DNA of 63,444 nt, the filler included, from Chrysochromulina tobinii (Eukaryota): the NCBI GenBank assembly GCA_001275005.1. It is 8 parts of 8 records of this genome, joined end to end, with 100 filler letters (N's around TTAATTAATTAA, not from the genome) between each part and the next. Parts side by side here need not be neighbours in the genome. Positions count along the whole stretch, not along the records: positions 11,522 to 19,961 come from JWZX01000346.1; positions 20,062 to 25,555 come from JWZX01000347.1; 6 more parts are not named here. One strand, written 5' to 3'. Under the pieces are notes generated by a model. The model was given only the letters and a program-made list of their open reading frames with translations. It was not told the origin of the DNA and searched no databases. The translations under genes and the position numbers were made by a program. Below, one piece after another: positions 11,611-23,000 of the stretch; the first letter of the stretch is position 1; each line of letters starts with the position of its first letter.

Positions 11611-12820
11611 TCTGTTCCTCAACTGCGCTCGATGAAGCCGTACTCACTGCCGCCGCCTGGGCCACCTCTGCCGCTGGCAAAGCGTGCGGACCAACCGCCT
11701 CCGACGACGGCGCCGCCACCTCCTCTGCCTCATTCGTCCAATTGAAATCCCAAGCGCGCGCCCGGTACTCGGTGCTACCCAGATGGAGCATCAAGTACTC
11801 GGTCGCCAGCAGCAGCGCCACCTCACGATCTATCACACGCTCGGCGCGACCCTCGCCCTTGGAGCCCATGGAGGTGCGCCCATCCCCAGCAGCCGATCCG
11901 GCTGCCGCCTTGGACGCGAGCCGATCGACCGCAGCCCGCGTCTTAGCAAAGGTGGGCGAGCCGTTGGGCGCGATCGTCGCTCGGCAGGCCTCGAGGACGC
12001 GTGCGACCCTCGGGTGCTTCGGAGGGTGCAGCTTGGGCACGCTGCCCGGAACGATCTTGCGCCTCGATGGCTGCTGCCGGGACCGCTGCTGCGCCAGTGC
12101 TGCGTGCTCGGGCCGGCTGTGCAAGCGCTCGAGGGCCAGGTTCGTGGCGGCCACCTCGAGTGCGCGCAGCGCGTGCGCTGAGTGCCGAAGCGCGTGGCTC
12201 ACGCGCGGCAGCGCATGTGGCACAAGCAGCACACCCAGCTGAGCGAGCGAGCGACCAGTCCGCTGCTCGATTAGGGCGCCGAGTGCCGACGGACGCAGCG
12301 CAGCAGGGTCGGTATGTTGAGGCGTCATTCGAGCCTCGCCGGTCGAGGCCATTGGCCCAGCTACAAGTAACTCAAGCGCCATTTGCGCGACTTCCGCGTA
12401 CCCGATCGCTGCGTCGCGATCGCAGGCATGTGCGAGCGGCCAGTGCGCGCGGACAGAAGGATGCTGCGCGAGAGGGCCCACCATGAAGCTGGCAAACGAG
12501 GAAGGTGCCACGGCCGAGGCTCGCTCATTAACGAGTGGCGGCACGCATTGCACATGCAACGCGGAAACGACCTCACGTTCGAAGTCGACGAGGCACGCAA
12601 TCCCATGCGTGGCCACAAAGGCTGCGGCACAAGCTGCCACGGTCTGCTCGATGTGCAGGAGAAGTGCGAGGGCGGGCGTCGAGTGTACGCTCACGCCCAG
12701 CTGCTCGAGATACTGCACACCCTGCCACGCACACACGGACCTTACGACCGCATCGATGGTCGCGTAGCCACCACGGGCAATGATGTCAGCGGCCGCCTGT
12801 AAGCACAAGGTGTTCAACAT
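11522..12820 (-). CDS. NO VEIN-like protein N-terminal region, 3'-truncated in a poly-Asp/Glu tract
   Basis: Pattern LEQLGV..TPAL..LL.IE..V....AFV....I..L.DFE.EV...F....VGPL..HP.V..HW resembles, from memory, the conserved N-terminal block of plant NO VEIN proteins. Confidence 0.55.
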
Positions 12821-13340
12821 CGCTGATGCAGCCGCGTGACGAACGCACACGGCGAAGAGGTGGAGGACTCGGAGCGACGCGTGTGAATGGATCTGCGTAA
12901 AATTTGCGTGAACGTTAAATTGGTTCACCGTTATTTCGGTCGCCCGCGCCGATCAGCCTCCACCACATGCACGATGACACATGCTGTTCATGCATGATGC
13001 AAAATCCGCATTTTAGTCGCTTCACTCGAGATCCGAGCGTTCCGCGATATGCCATCGCGCACTGCCAGAGCCACTGGATCACTAGTGCGCCACTGTGCAC
13101 TGTGCAGCGGGCGCGCAGCCTGGCGCCATAAGTGTGGCGCAAATGGGCACGAATCTCGAGCGCTGCTCTCCTGCTCTGTTCTAATCCGTCCACACCTGCC
13201 CCGATGCCTCCCGCCCCGGGCAGCGCGCTCAGAGACCCACACCCGCGCTAACGAGCACGACTGGATGTATGCGGGCCAGAAATGGTGCGGCGCTACCATC
13301 GTGCCGCCCAAGCGGCCCCGTGTTGTCATAAGCGGCGAGC

Positions 13341-14698
13341 CTAGGCGGTGATGGCCTTCTGTTGCATTTCCGCGTCGGTGATCACAGGGAAATCAGCCGC
13401 CGTGATGGTCATCAGCTCGAAGTCCTGCACGTCGCCATTCGAGCCGGGCGACATCTTCTCGTTGAAGATGCGCACCGCAGATTTCATGCGCGCGAGGTCG
13501 ATGGCGTTGCGCACGGTGCGCGCGTTCGAGAAGAAGGGCATGCGCATCCGCCGGCTCATGTACTCGCGGAAGGCTTCGATCGCTGACGCATCCATCTCAT
13601 ACTCGAGATCGCGGCACATCACCTTGCCGATCTGAACGAGCTCATCGAGCTCATAGTTGGGGAACTCGATGTGGTTGCCGATGCGCGAGTTCATACCCGG
13701 GATGAACGAGTAGAACTTGTCCATGCGGTCCTTGTAGCCCGCGAGCACCACGATGATGTCCTCCTTGTTGTTCTCCATCACGTTGAGCAGGATCTCAATC
13801 GACTCCTGGCCGTAGTCGCGGTCGTTGGCCGCATTGTACAGGTAGTAGGCCTCATCGACCAGCAGGATGCCGCCCATCGCCTTCTTGACCATCTCCTTGG
13901 TCTTCGGCGCAGTGTGGCCGACGTACTGGCCCACGAGGTCGTCGCGCGTCGCCACGACGACGTGGCCCGTGCGGCAGTAGCCCATCCGCTGCAAGATCTG
14001 ACCCATGCGCAGCGCCACCGTCGTCTTGCCGGTGCCGGGCGCGCCCGTGAAGCCCATGTGCAGCGACGGCACGCTCGTCTCGAGGCCGAGCTTCAGGCGC
14101 ATCTTGTCGACGACCAGAAGCGAGGCGATCTCGCGCACGCGCTGCTTGACCGGCAGCAGTCCGATCAGGTCGTAGTCGAGCTTCTGAAGGATGTCCTTGA
14201 CGCCCTCCTTGTACATGAAGTCATCGACAGTGCCCGCTTGCATACTATCGGGGATCTTTTGCAGCAGCATGATCTTGCGCTCGCGCGCCTCCTTTTTCCT
14301 CCTGAGCGCATCTTCGCGCATGGCGATCGCATCCTCCTCCAGCCGGCGCTCGAGATCAGACGTTTTGAGCGCATCGGAGAGGCGGCGATAGTTGCCCTTT
14401 GCTGGGTCGAGCGACGCTTTACTGTCAGCGGAAACGCCCTCCGTGATGCCCGAACCAGGCCCGCGCCCATCAATTGGGGCCTTCATGCGCAGAGCGGACA
14501 TGCGCTGCATGCCCTGCAGGTTCAGTGCAGCGGGCGCATGCAGGGAAAGTGCACCTCCCACGATCAACGACGAGAAAGCCACCTGCGAGCAGGGCAAGCA
14601 TGAGGTCAGGCACCATCGTCCACAAGCATCGTACAGGCACTGGCACAGTGGTCTTGCGCCGGTGGCTGAGTGTCTCGGCGTATGAAGGAGCTTACCAT
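13341..14698 (-). CDS. cbbX: CbbX, AAA+ activase of red-type (form ID) Rubisco; nuclear-encoded with bipartite plastid-targeting presequence
   Basis: LIGLLPVKQRVREIA, HMGFTGAPGTGKTT (Walker A), DLVGQYVGHTAPKT, LLVDEAYYL (Walker B), FSNARTVRN. Intron 14583-14695 (ATG|GTAAGC...CGCAG) gives MVAFSSLIVGGALSL...ALRM. Confidence 0.95.
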
Positions 14699-14908
14699 TG
14701 CGAGACGTCCAGGGGAGAGTGCGTCGAGATTCGCGTTCGCTTAAAGTGTGAACGTGAAGCGGACCCGCATCTCCGGATCGGAGATTTCGATGTTCGCGCG
14801 TTGGACTCGCGTCAAAGATTTTCGTCGTGGCAGCACAATCTGTGTGTGCGGCGGCAGGACTGTACATGTGCTCTCGCAACTTTGTGCCGAAACCGCGGGC
14901 TACCCGCA

Positions 14909-15853
14909 ATGCGACGCCTCTTCATGTGCGCTCGCCGCCGCGGCATCTCCTCCAGCGCCACACGCCCAACGCACCTCGAGCAGACGGCACACGAGCCGCG
15001 CGTGGGCACGCAGGCGTGGGCCACCATCACGCGCCTCACGCAGCTGTCGCCGACGACGACAGCTCTGCAGCTCATGCTGGACAATGACGGTACGGGCGAA
15101 CCGGCAAGCCGATTCACCTTTGTGCCCGGCCAGTGGGTGGACTTTTACATCCCGCAGATCGACGTGGTCGGCGGCTATTCGATCACCTCGTTGCCGTCGG
15201 AGTTGCCGATTCTCGAACTCGCTGTAAAAGCGAGTGCGCACCCTCCTGCCGCATGGTGCACTGGGCGGGCCAAGGTGGGCGACAAGGTGGGCGTGCGTGT
15301 GGGCGGCAGCTTCGTGCTGCGGCCCGCGCCGTCGAATCTTTTTGTGGCGGGAGGCGTGGGCATCAATCCGCTCTTTGGAATGCTGCGGCAGCTCTTTGAG
15401 CTTCCCGAGGGCACGAGCAAGGCCGTGTTGCTGTACACGGCTCGCACGCGCGACGAGCTAGTCTTTGCTGAGGAGCTGCAGGCTCTCGCACAGCGCCAGC
15501 CGGAGCGGACGCGGTTCTGGCTCCGCGCGACGCGCGAGCCGGCCGGGGCGCTCGACGGCGGCGCGACCGCCGCACCGGGTGTGGCGGGCCTCGGGGCCGG
15601 CGGACGGCTCTGCGAGCTCGACCTCGAAGAGGCACTGCGCTGGCTGGGCTGCGAACCGAGCGCGGTGCGCGAAGGGCGCGGCGTGCCGTGGCGGGCCGAG
15701 AGCCGGGCGCGCGAGCCTGGCCCCGGGGGAGCTGGCTGCGCCACCGGCCGGCTGGGCGCCTACGTGTGCGGGCCGCCGCGTATGACGGACGAAACGGTCG
15801 CTGCGCTGCGGCGGATGGGCGTGGCGGAAGTTTACCTGGAAAAGTGGTGGTGA
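14909..15853 (+). CDS. Oxidoreductase NAD-binding domain protein (OXNAD1-like, FNR superfamily)
   Basis: FVPGQWVDF, GGYSITS, FVAGGVGINPL, YVCGPP and terminal EKWW. Arg-rich N-terminus suggests mitochondrial targeting. Confidence 0.85.
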   Translation: MRRLFMCARRRGISSSATRPTHLEQTAHEPRVGTQAWATITRLTQLSPTTTALQLMLDNDGTGEPASRFTFVPGQWVDFYIPQIDVVGGYSITSLPSELPILELAVKASAHPPAAWCTGRAKVGDKVGVRVGGSFVLRPAPSNLFVAGGVGINPLFGMLRQLFELPEGTSKAVLLYTARTRDELVFAEELQALAQRQPERTRFWLRATREPAGALDGGATAAPGVAGLGAGGRLCELDLEEALRWLGCEPSAVREGRGVPWRAESRAREPGPGGAGCATGRLGAYVCGPPRMTDETVAALRRMGVAEVYLEKWW

Positions 15854-15945
15854 TGCTGTTAAGTCTACGCGCGCCCATAGAGGTCGAGCGCAGCGCGCGC
15901 GCGCAGCGCGCGCGCAGTTGTGTGCGAGTTCACAATAGGAAAAAA

Positions 15946-17906
15946 ATGTCGGCGCATCCGGCGGACTTGTTCGTCGTCAATCTGTCGTCACTCGGTGCGG
16001 TGCGCGGCGCAAGAGTCGACGAGGTCGTGCGCTTCTTGGCCATCCCGTATGCCAAGCACGAGCGATTCTGCGCTCCACAGGCGCCGGATCCCTGGGGCGA
16101 GGCTGCACGGGACAATCCTCTCGTGTTGCCGTGTTGCCCGCAGCCCCCGAGCACTCTCTCGCATCCGTTGCGCACGTTTGCAGGCCATCGTCTCGAGCCC
16201 TCGGAGGCTGAGTGTCTTGTACTCAATGTGTTCACTCCACATAGTGCGCTGGCCGACGAGGACGGCCCGCTCAGGCCCGTCATCTTCTACATTCACGGTG
16301 GCTCTGGCAAGTTTGGCAGCTGCCACATGGTCGACAATGCCTCCGGTCAGGCGCTCGCAGCGCAGCACGGCGTAGTGCACGTCGCCGCCAACTATCGGCT
16401 CGGGGCGCTCGGCTGGCTGGCGCACGAGGCGCTTCTCGACGAGGACGCGCATGCTGGCGGCATGGGTTGTGGCAATTTCGGGCTACTCGATCTGGTTTTT
16501 GCGCTGGAGTGGGTGCGGCAGCATGTGCGCGCCTTTGGTGGCGACCCGCAGAATGTCACCATATGGGGTACCTCGACGGGCTCGCAGCTCGTGTGCACGC
16601 TCCTCACGTGCCCGCTCGCGCGCGGTCTCTTCTCCAAGGCGGTGATGCAATCGTGCGCCGACCTTGCCAACGTGCGCGAGCTGCGCCGGCGGCACGACGT
16701 GTGGCTCGGCAAGACTGCGTGTGAGTGGGGCGCCATGCTCGCTGCGCACCTCGGCTGCGCGAGCGCCTCGCCGCGCGAGGAGCTCGCTAAGCTCCGCGCT
16801 CTGCCTGTCGAGGCGTTCATCGATGCGTCGAATGATCTCGAGTCGACAGATTGCTACGAGCCTGCCGTACACCGGCTGCGACAGCATGGCGCCGACGGAG
16901 AAGATGAGGGCAGCGGTGGCGGCGAGGACATGGCATGGGTCCGTGGTGGCACGGGTGGTGACGCGGCCAGTGCCAGTGCGGGGAAAAGACCCCGTACCGG
17001 TAATGCCGGTAATGCCGGTAGTGCCGGTAGGGCCAGCGAGTCGCTCAGCATCTCGCCGAAGCCGCTTCCATCAGCGCAGGCGCTCGCGATGGGCAGAGCT
17101 CTCGAGACCGTACCGGTCATGCTCGGGCTGACCTCGGCCGATGGGCTGGGTAAGGTCGAGCTCGAGTGGACGATGTTCGAGGAGGTGCACTCCCTCGAGG
17201 AGTACTCGTCCCTTCTGGGCGCCCATTTCGGTGCCGACCGCCGAGAGGCCGCGCTCGCCGTTTTTGGGGCGCGCACGCCCGAAGAGGTGGCGTCGCCGCT
17301 TGAGAACTGATGTCCACTTGATTGCCGCTGATTGTCTTGAACTGACGGCCACTTGATTGCCGCTGATGGCCAGTGATTGTGACCGGTAGACCCTTCACTC
17401 GGCATCAGGTCGAGTCGCAGCTCGGTGCCATCGCTGAAGGTCTGTGGTACTCAGCTGCGACTCGCCTCTCCGCAGACCTGCTCGTGAGTCACCGCACGCC
17501 CGCTTGGCTGTACCGGGTCTCCGCGCGAGGCTTCACGCAGCATGGGCATGACGTGCCGCTTTGGAACGGCACGCCGCGCTGGCATGATGCTGCCGCCCCG
17601 AGGGGTGTTCGCGCCTCGGATAAGGTGGCGACCGCTGAGCCGTCCGCCGAGCCGGGGGCGAGGACAGTGGGCGGGGAAGTGGGGAGCGCCGCAATGGGCT
17701 TCCTATGCAACTTTGCGCGCACGGGTGATCCCAACGGGCCGGGCTTGCCCACCTGGACACCACACACGCACGGTGCTGAGCAGTACATGGAGCTTGGGCC
17801 GCAGCTGGGCATGGGCACTCCCTCCGAGCCACAGCTCAGCTTGGAGCGGGCACGCTTTGCTCTACTCTCGGAGTACCTTCTGCGCGAGCGAGGTGAGGCG
17901 GCGTGA
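15946..17906 (+). CDS. Type-B carboxylesterase (alpha/beta hydrolase), 2 exons, intron 17287-17408
   Basis: FLAIPYA, ECLVLNVF, YIHGG, NYRLGALGWL, GNFGLLD, FGGDPQNVTIWGTSTG (GxSxG nucleophile), HGHDV, NFARTGDPN. Confidence 0.9.
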
Positions 17907-18686
17907 GGCTGACGGCGCGCCGTTACTGTCTAACCGAACGGGTCGTCCCCTTCCCGCTCTGTGCACTGCGGACCGCGCCTACCCCCGCCCCCGGGGCCGG
18001 GCGCTCTCGCATACGCGGTGATAGTGCGTTCGGCCACAAGAATGTTCGGCACCGGAGTATCGCCCCGCGCCGCTATCGCGACGATAATGTTAAATCGGTA
18101 TCCGGATCGTGCTCGGTCGGCGCTCCTCCCAACCGAACCGCGTCGCATCTTGATTATAATGTGAAACGGAATCCTTCGGAAATGTCGTTCGTAAGACGTA
18201 ACGGATCTGCCTTTTACGCGCGCGTCGACCGATCTTGCCGTATACGCGGAAACGGTAGTACCGCCGATGGGGGACGTTCCGGATCCGCTTCCGTTCCCGT
18301 CGCGGTACCAGCTGACGGGGCTCGGCGATGGGCAACCTTTTACAGATTACACCCGTCCGCCGCCGTCCGACCCGTGCGAGAGTTTTTCTCCCGCGCACGG
18401 GCTCGGCCTCCTAGAGACCGGACGCGGGACGTGGACCGGATTCGGAACACGCCCCCCCCATGCCCTCACCTTCACCTTGAGCCTTCAGATCATTCACCAA
18501 GCCCGGCCCATCTGCCGCCTTCTCCCGCCGTGAAGATGCCAACCGCATCTCGTCTCCGAGAGGAGACCTGGCGCGGACACATGCATCAAGCACGCACGTC
18601 GCAAGGCTGCCACTCTATGCTTTCGCCATCTTCCCATCCCCAGAGCTCGCCTGCTCAGCACGGCTACTCCCAACATCACCTCAACA

Positions 18687-19961
18687 TCAGCCAGCCTCGA
18701 CGACGACGCCTGCGCAGGCGAGCCGCACGAGCAGCGCCTCGCCCACCGCCGGGCCGGGCGTCGTAAAACCTGCGGGGAGCGGCACCTGAGACGAGCCAGC
18801 ATGGATGCGCTCGACCATGTGGGCCATGTCGACCATGTGGACCATGGCTAATGCAGTCTCGCATGCGCACTGGGCGGTGAGGTAGATCCCAGCATCGCCC
18901 ATGAACACGAGCTTCGTATTCACGACGTTGCCGTTTGCGCCGATGCCGCGCCCTCGCACCGTGGTCGTCACGCCAAGGTTTCCCTTATACCCGAATTTGG
19001 GGATGAGCTTGGCGATGAAGTCTCGCACCGGCGGCACGTACAGGAGCACGATTGAAAGGAGCACGACGGGCACGGTTGACATGACCGCGCACGCGTACAG
19101 GAGGCTCACCGGCACGATCCCCCACAGTGTGAAGAATGCGAGCGGCGACGCACCACCACCGAGCGGCAGGTCAAAGCGCGAGTTAAAGGCGATTCCAGGG
19201 TAGCCGAGCACGGGCGCGCTCGAATGGACAATGCAGCATCCCACGGCGCCCATGCCCTCCATGACCGTGAGACCGCATTTCTGGCGCGACCACGAGGGCA
19301 GAAGCAATAGCACGAGGTCGCGTATCACAGACCATCGCTCACTAGCTGGTATGTACTTGGCGCAGCCGAGGAGCGTGCGGCTGAAACCGATGGAGAAGAT
19401 GTTGAGCAGCGTTAGCATCGTGCCTGGCGGGAAGCCGCCGCCATCGAATTTCGTCAAGCACTCCATTGAAGCAAGGCGCTCGCCGCCTTTCATGAGCGTC
19501 TTGTGCGCGAGCAGCGCGCTGCAAGCAAGCAAGCACATAATCAAGCAAGCAAGCACCTAGTGCGGAGGGCGGCGGCAATGGAGCGCGGGGCCACGCGATC
19601 TTGCTCGCACCTGAGCTCGAAGGGGACGCAGTCGTAGCCCGCAAAGGACACGATGCACACGCCGGCTGCCCGCGCACGCTCGCCGTACTTGGCGCGCATC
19701 TCGGCGACCCACCACAACTCGCCGGTGATGTCGACGTAGTGCGCACGCTCTTCGATGCATGCGACTACCACGGCCTCACCGTATTTAGTGTATGGGCCGA
19801 TACTTGTGAGGATCACGGCCGTCTTGGCAGCCACGCGACGCAGCGACTCTGGGTCGGAGACGTCGGCGTGCATCAGCCTAGGCGGCGACCTTGGCCCGTG
19901 CATAGTCACCAGATCTGTCAAGAGCTTTTGTACGTTGCTCTTTGGCCGGCCGCACATCGCC
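18687..19961 (-). CDS. Saccharopine-dehydrogenase-like oxidoreductase, 5'-truncated, intron 19519-19610
   Basis: ADVSDPESL, IGPYTKYGEAVVVAC, HYVDITGE, GYDCVP|FELSALL, C-terminal GFTTPGPAVGEALLVRL. Confidence 0.85.
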
Positions 19962-20061
19962 NNNNNNNNNNNNNNNNNNNNNNNNNNNNNNNNNNNNNNN
20001 NNNNNTTAATTAATTAANNNNNNNNNNNNNNNNNNNNNNNNNNNNNNNNNNNNNNNNNNNN

Positions 20062-23000
20062 GCTGGCGAGTGTGCTCAAACCCGCCTGCGCCGCCGCCCA
20101 GCGCACAGTACTTCACCGTCTCCACCGGCCTTTGCACCGTCGATCCCTATGCCCCAAACTGCATTCTCTCGCCCAACTTTCCGTTCAATTACTTCACCGG
20201 AGCTGGATCCACCAGCATAACGTGCGACATCAGGCCGACTTCGCTCGCCATCGGAAGTAGCATGACAGCAACCTCCTTTTCAACGCAATTGAACTTTGAC
20301 AGGCTCCGGTTGCCCAACACGGCAGGGGCGCTCGTGATCTTCACCGGGACACTGCTAACAAACGGACCTTCCGATTTCACGTTGGGCAATGGGTCGATCT
20401 TTTGGTCTTCGGACACTGTAACTGTTTCTACGGGCTGGCGAGTGTGCTCAAACCCGCCGCCGCCTCCTTCGCCTCCGAGGACTCCACCGCCGCCTCCGCT
20501 TCCGCCTCTCGCGCCGCCGCCCAGCGGAATGTACTACAACGTCTCCGCCGGCCTTTGCACCGTCGATCCCGCCGCCCCAAACTGCATTCGCTCGCCCAAC
20601 TTTCCGGCGAATTACGGCGTCAGCCAGACGTGCACCATCACGTCGACTTCGCTCGCCATCGGAAGTAGCATGACAGCAACCAGCTTTTCAACGCAAGCGA
20701 CTAATGACAGACTCAGCTTGCCCAACACGGCAGGGACGCTCGTGCCCTTCAGCGGGCTAGTCGGACCTTCCGCTCACACGTTGGGCGCGGGGTCGATCAC
20801 GTGGCTTTCGGACGGTGCAACTGTTTCTACGGGCTGGCGAGTGTGCTCAAACCCGCCTCCGCCTCGTGCGCCGCCGCTTCCGCCTCTTGCGCCGCCCCCG
20901 CCTCGTGCGCCACCGCCCAGCATAGTGTACTTCACCGTCTCTGCCGGCCTATGCACCGTCGATCCCGCCGCCCCAAACTGCATTCGCTCGCCCAACTTTC
21001 CGGCGGCTTACGCCATCAGCCAGACGTGCACCATCACGTCGACTTCGCTCGCCATCGGAAGTAGCATGACAGCAACCAACTTTTCAACGGAAGCGAACTA
21101 TGACTTTCTCAGAATGCCGAACACGGCAGGGACGCTCATGCCCTTCAGCGGGTTGCTGCTCTCAAACGGACCTTCCGCTCACACGTTGGGCGCGGGGAAT
21201 ATCACGTGGGTTTCGGACGCTTCATCTGTTTCTACGGGCTGGCGAGTGTGCTCAAACCCGCCGCCGCCGCGTGCGCCGCCGCTTCCGCCTCGTGCGCCGC
21301 CTCCGTCACCGATGATGCCTTTGCCGCCGATGTCGCCGCAGCTCGATCCGGGCGAGTGCGCTGTCGTCTACTACAAGGCCGTAGATCCCGATGAGATTGG
21401 GATCGTGCTCTTCGATCATCTCTTTCCCGGCGACACGATCTACATCACCGACAACTCCGTTGTTGGAGGGTGCAGCGAGAATTGCCACTGGGCCTCTGAC
21501 GGCTATTGCGACGATGGTGGCCCCGGTTTCCAGTATGCAGATTGTGTCAGTGGCACCGACTGCACCGATTGCGGTCCCCGCCCTGTAACTTGGTCTACCA
21601 CTGAGGGGCACATGATGTATACGGCCCCCACGCGGAGGGGCCCCGGCACCGTCCTCAATATAAGCAACTTTGTGGCGGCCCCCAGTGCGCCGGCCGTTCT
21701 ATTGGGCACGGGCGGCGACGAGCTCTTCGTCTACCGGATTGGTCTGGGGCAAACCCGGGCCACCCCCACATTCCTATGCGGCCTCTGCAGCAAGAGTGCA
21801 GCGGTTAACGCTACAGCTCACCCGTGCGGCTTTAACAACATCCCAGGAATCTCGAGCTACCCTTTGGGCGTCTGGAACTATTTCCAAACTGCCACCCCGT
21901 CTGGCACTATTTCCTTCGCCGGTGCATGGAGCCAGTGGATCTACAACTCGAGCGCGACGGGTCTGGCGGGGGGGTATGCCCCCACGTCGGGCTCCCGGGC
22001 TCAGCTGCTTGCTGCCATCAGCACCCGCACCAACTGGTTTTACCACAACGTTTTCTTTATACCCATTCAGAACGTCGTCCCCGACGGTGGGTATCGCATC
22101 ACCAACCTCCCTCCGTCGATGCCGCCACCGCCCCACGCGCCGCCGCAACCGCCCAGCCCCCCCAACGCCTCCCACCGCCCCGCCGCCGCCGCCGCCGCCG
22201 CCAGCGCACTTCACCATCAACTCCGGCCTTTGCACCACCGATCCCAACGCCGTCGAATGCGTTCGCTCGCCCAACTTTCCGTCGGCTTACGGCGTCAGCC
22301 AGACGTGCTCAATCACGCCGACGTCGCTCGCCATCGGAAATCGCATGACAGCAACCGCCTTTTCAACGGAAGCGGGGTGGGACTTTCTCAGAATGCCTAA
22401 CACGGCAGGGACGCTCGTGTCCTTCAGCGGGTTACTGCTATCAAACGGACCTTCCAATTTCGTGTTGGGCACGGGGAATATATCGTGGACTTCGGACAGT
22501 TCATCTGTTTCTACGGGCTGGCGAGTGTGCTCAAACCCGCCTCCGCCTAGTGCGCCGCCGGCTCCACCTCGGGCTCCGCCTTCGCCTCGTGCGCCGCCTC
22601 CGCCTCGAGCTCCGCCTCGAGCTCCGCCTCGAGCTCCGCCGCCTCCGCCTCGAGCTCCGCCGCCGCCGCCCCCGCCCTCGCCACAGAGCCAGGTGAGCAC
22701 CAGCGCCGGCCTGACCAGTGCACTCGCCAACACCGCCGTCGGCCACATTGTCCTGGCCCCCGGCACCTATAACTTCACAGCCGAGCTCAGCATCACCAGG
22801 AGTGTCATCCTTGAGGCGGCGGTGGCTGGCTCGGTCGTGCTGAATGCACAAGCGAGCTCTTCGAGTCAGCGCCGTGTGCTGAACATCAACCCGGGTTCGT
22901 CGGGCGTCGTGCAACTGATCCGGCTAAGCATCACGGGAGGCTACGCCAGCTCTGGCGGCGGTGTCTTCGTCCAGGGTGGCACAGTGGCCATCTCATCGTG

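Noticed and set aside
13341..14698. Bacterial or plastid cbb operon
   Set aside because: Has a spliceosomal intron and a targeting presequence, with no rbcL/rbcS nearby.
14699..14909. Long N-terminal extensions of cbbX and the OXNAD1-like ORF that overlap each other
   Set aside because: Better explained by the cbbX intron and downstream ATG starts.
17903..18766. 287-aa ORF between the esterase and the dehydrogenase-like gene
   Set aside because: No motifs, non-ATG start, overlaps the convergent gene end; likely intergenic or UTR.
22150..22200. Programmed frameshift in the CUB-repeat gene
   Set aside because: Lies in C-homopolymer, Pro-coding sequence where indel errors are likely; no slippery site or stimulatory structure seen.
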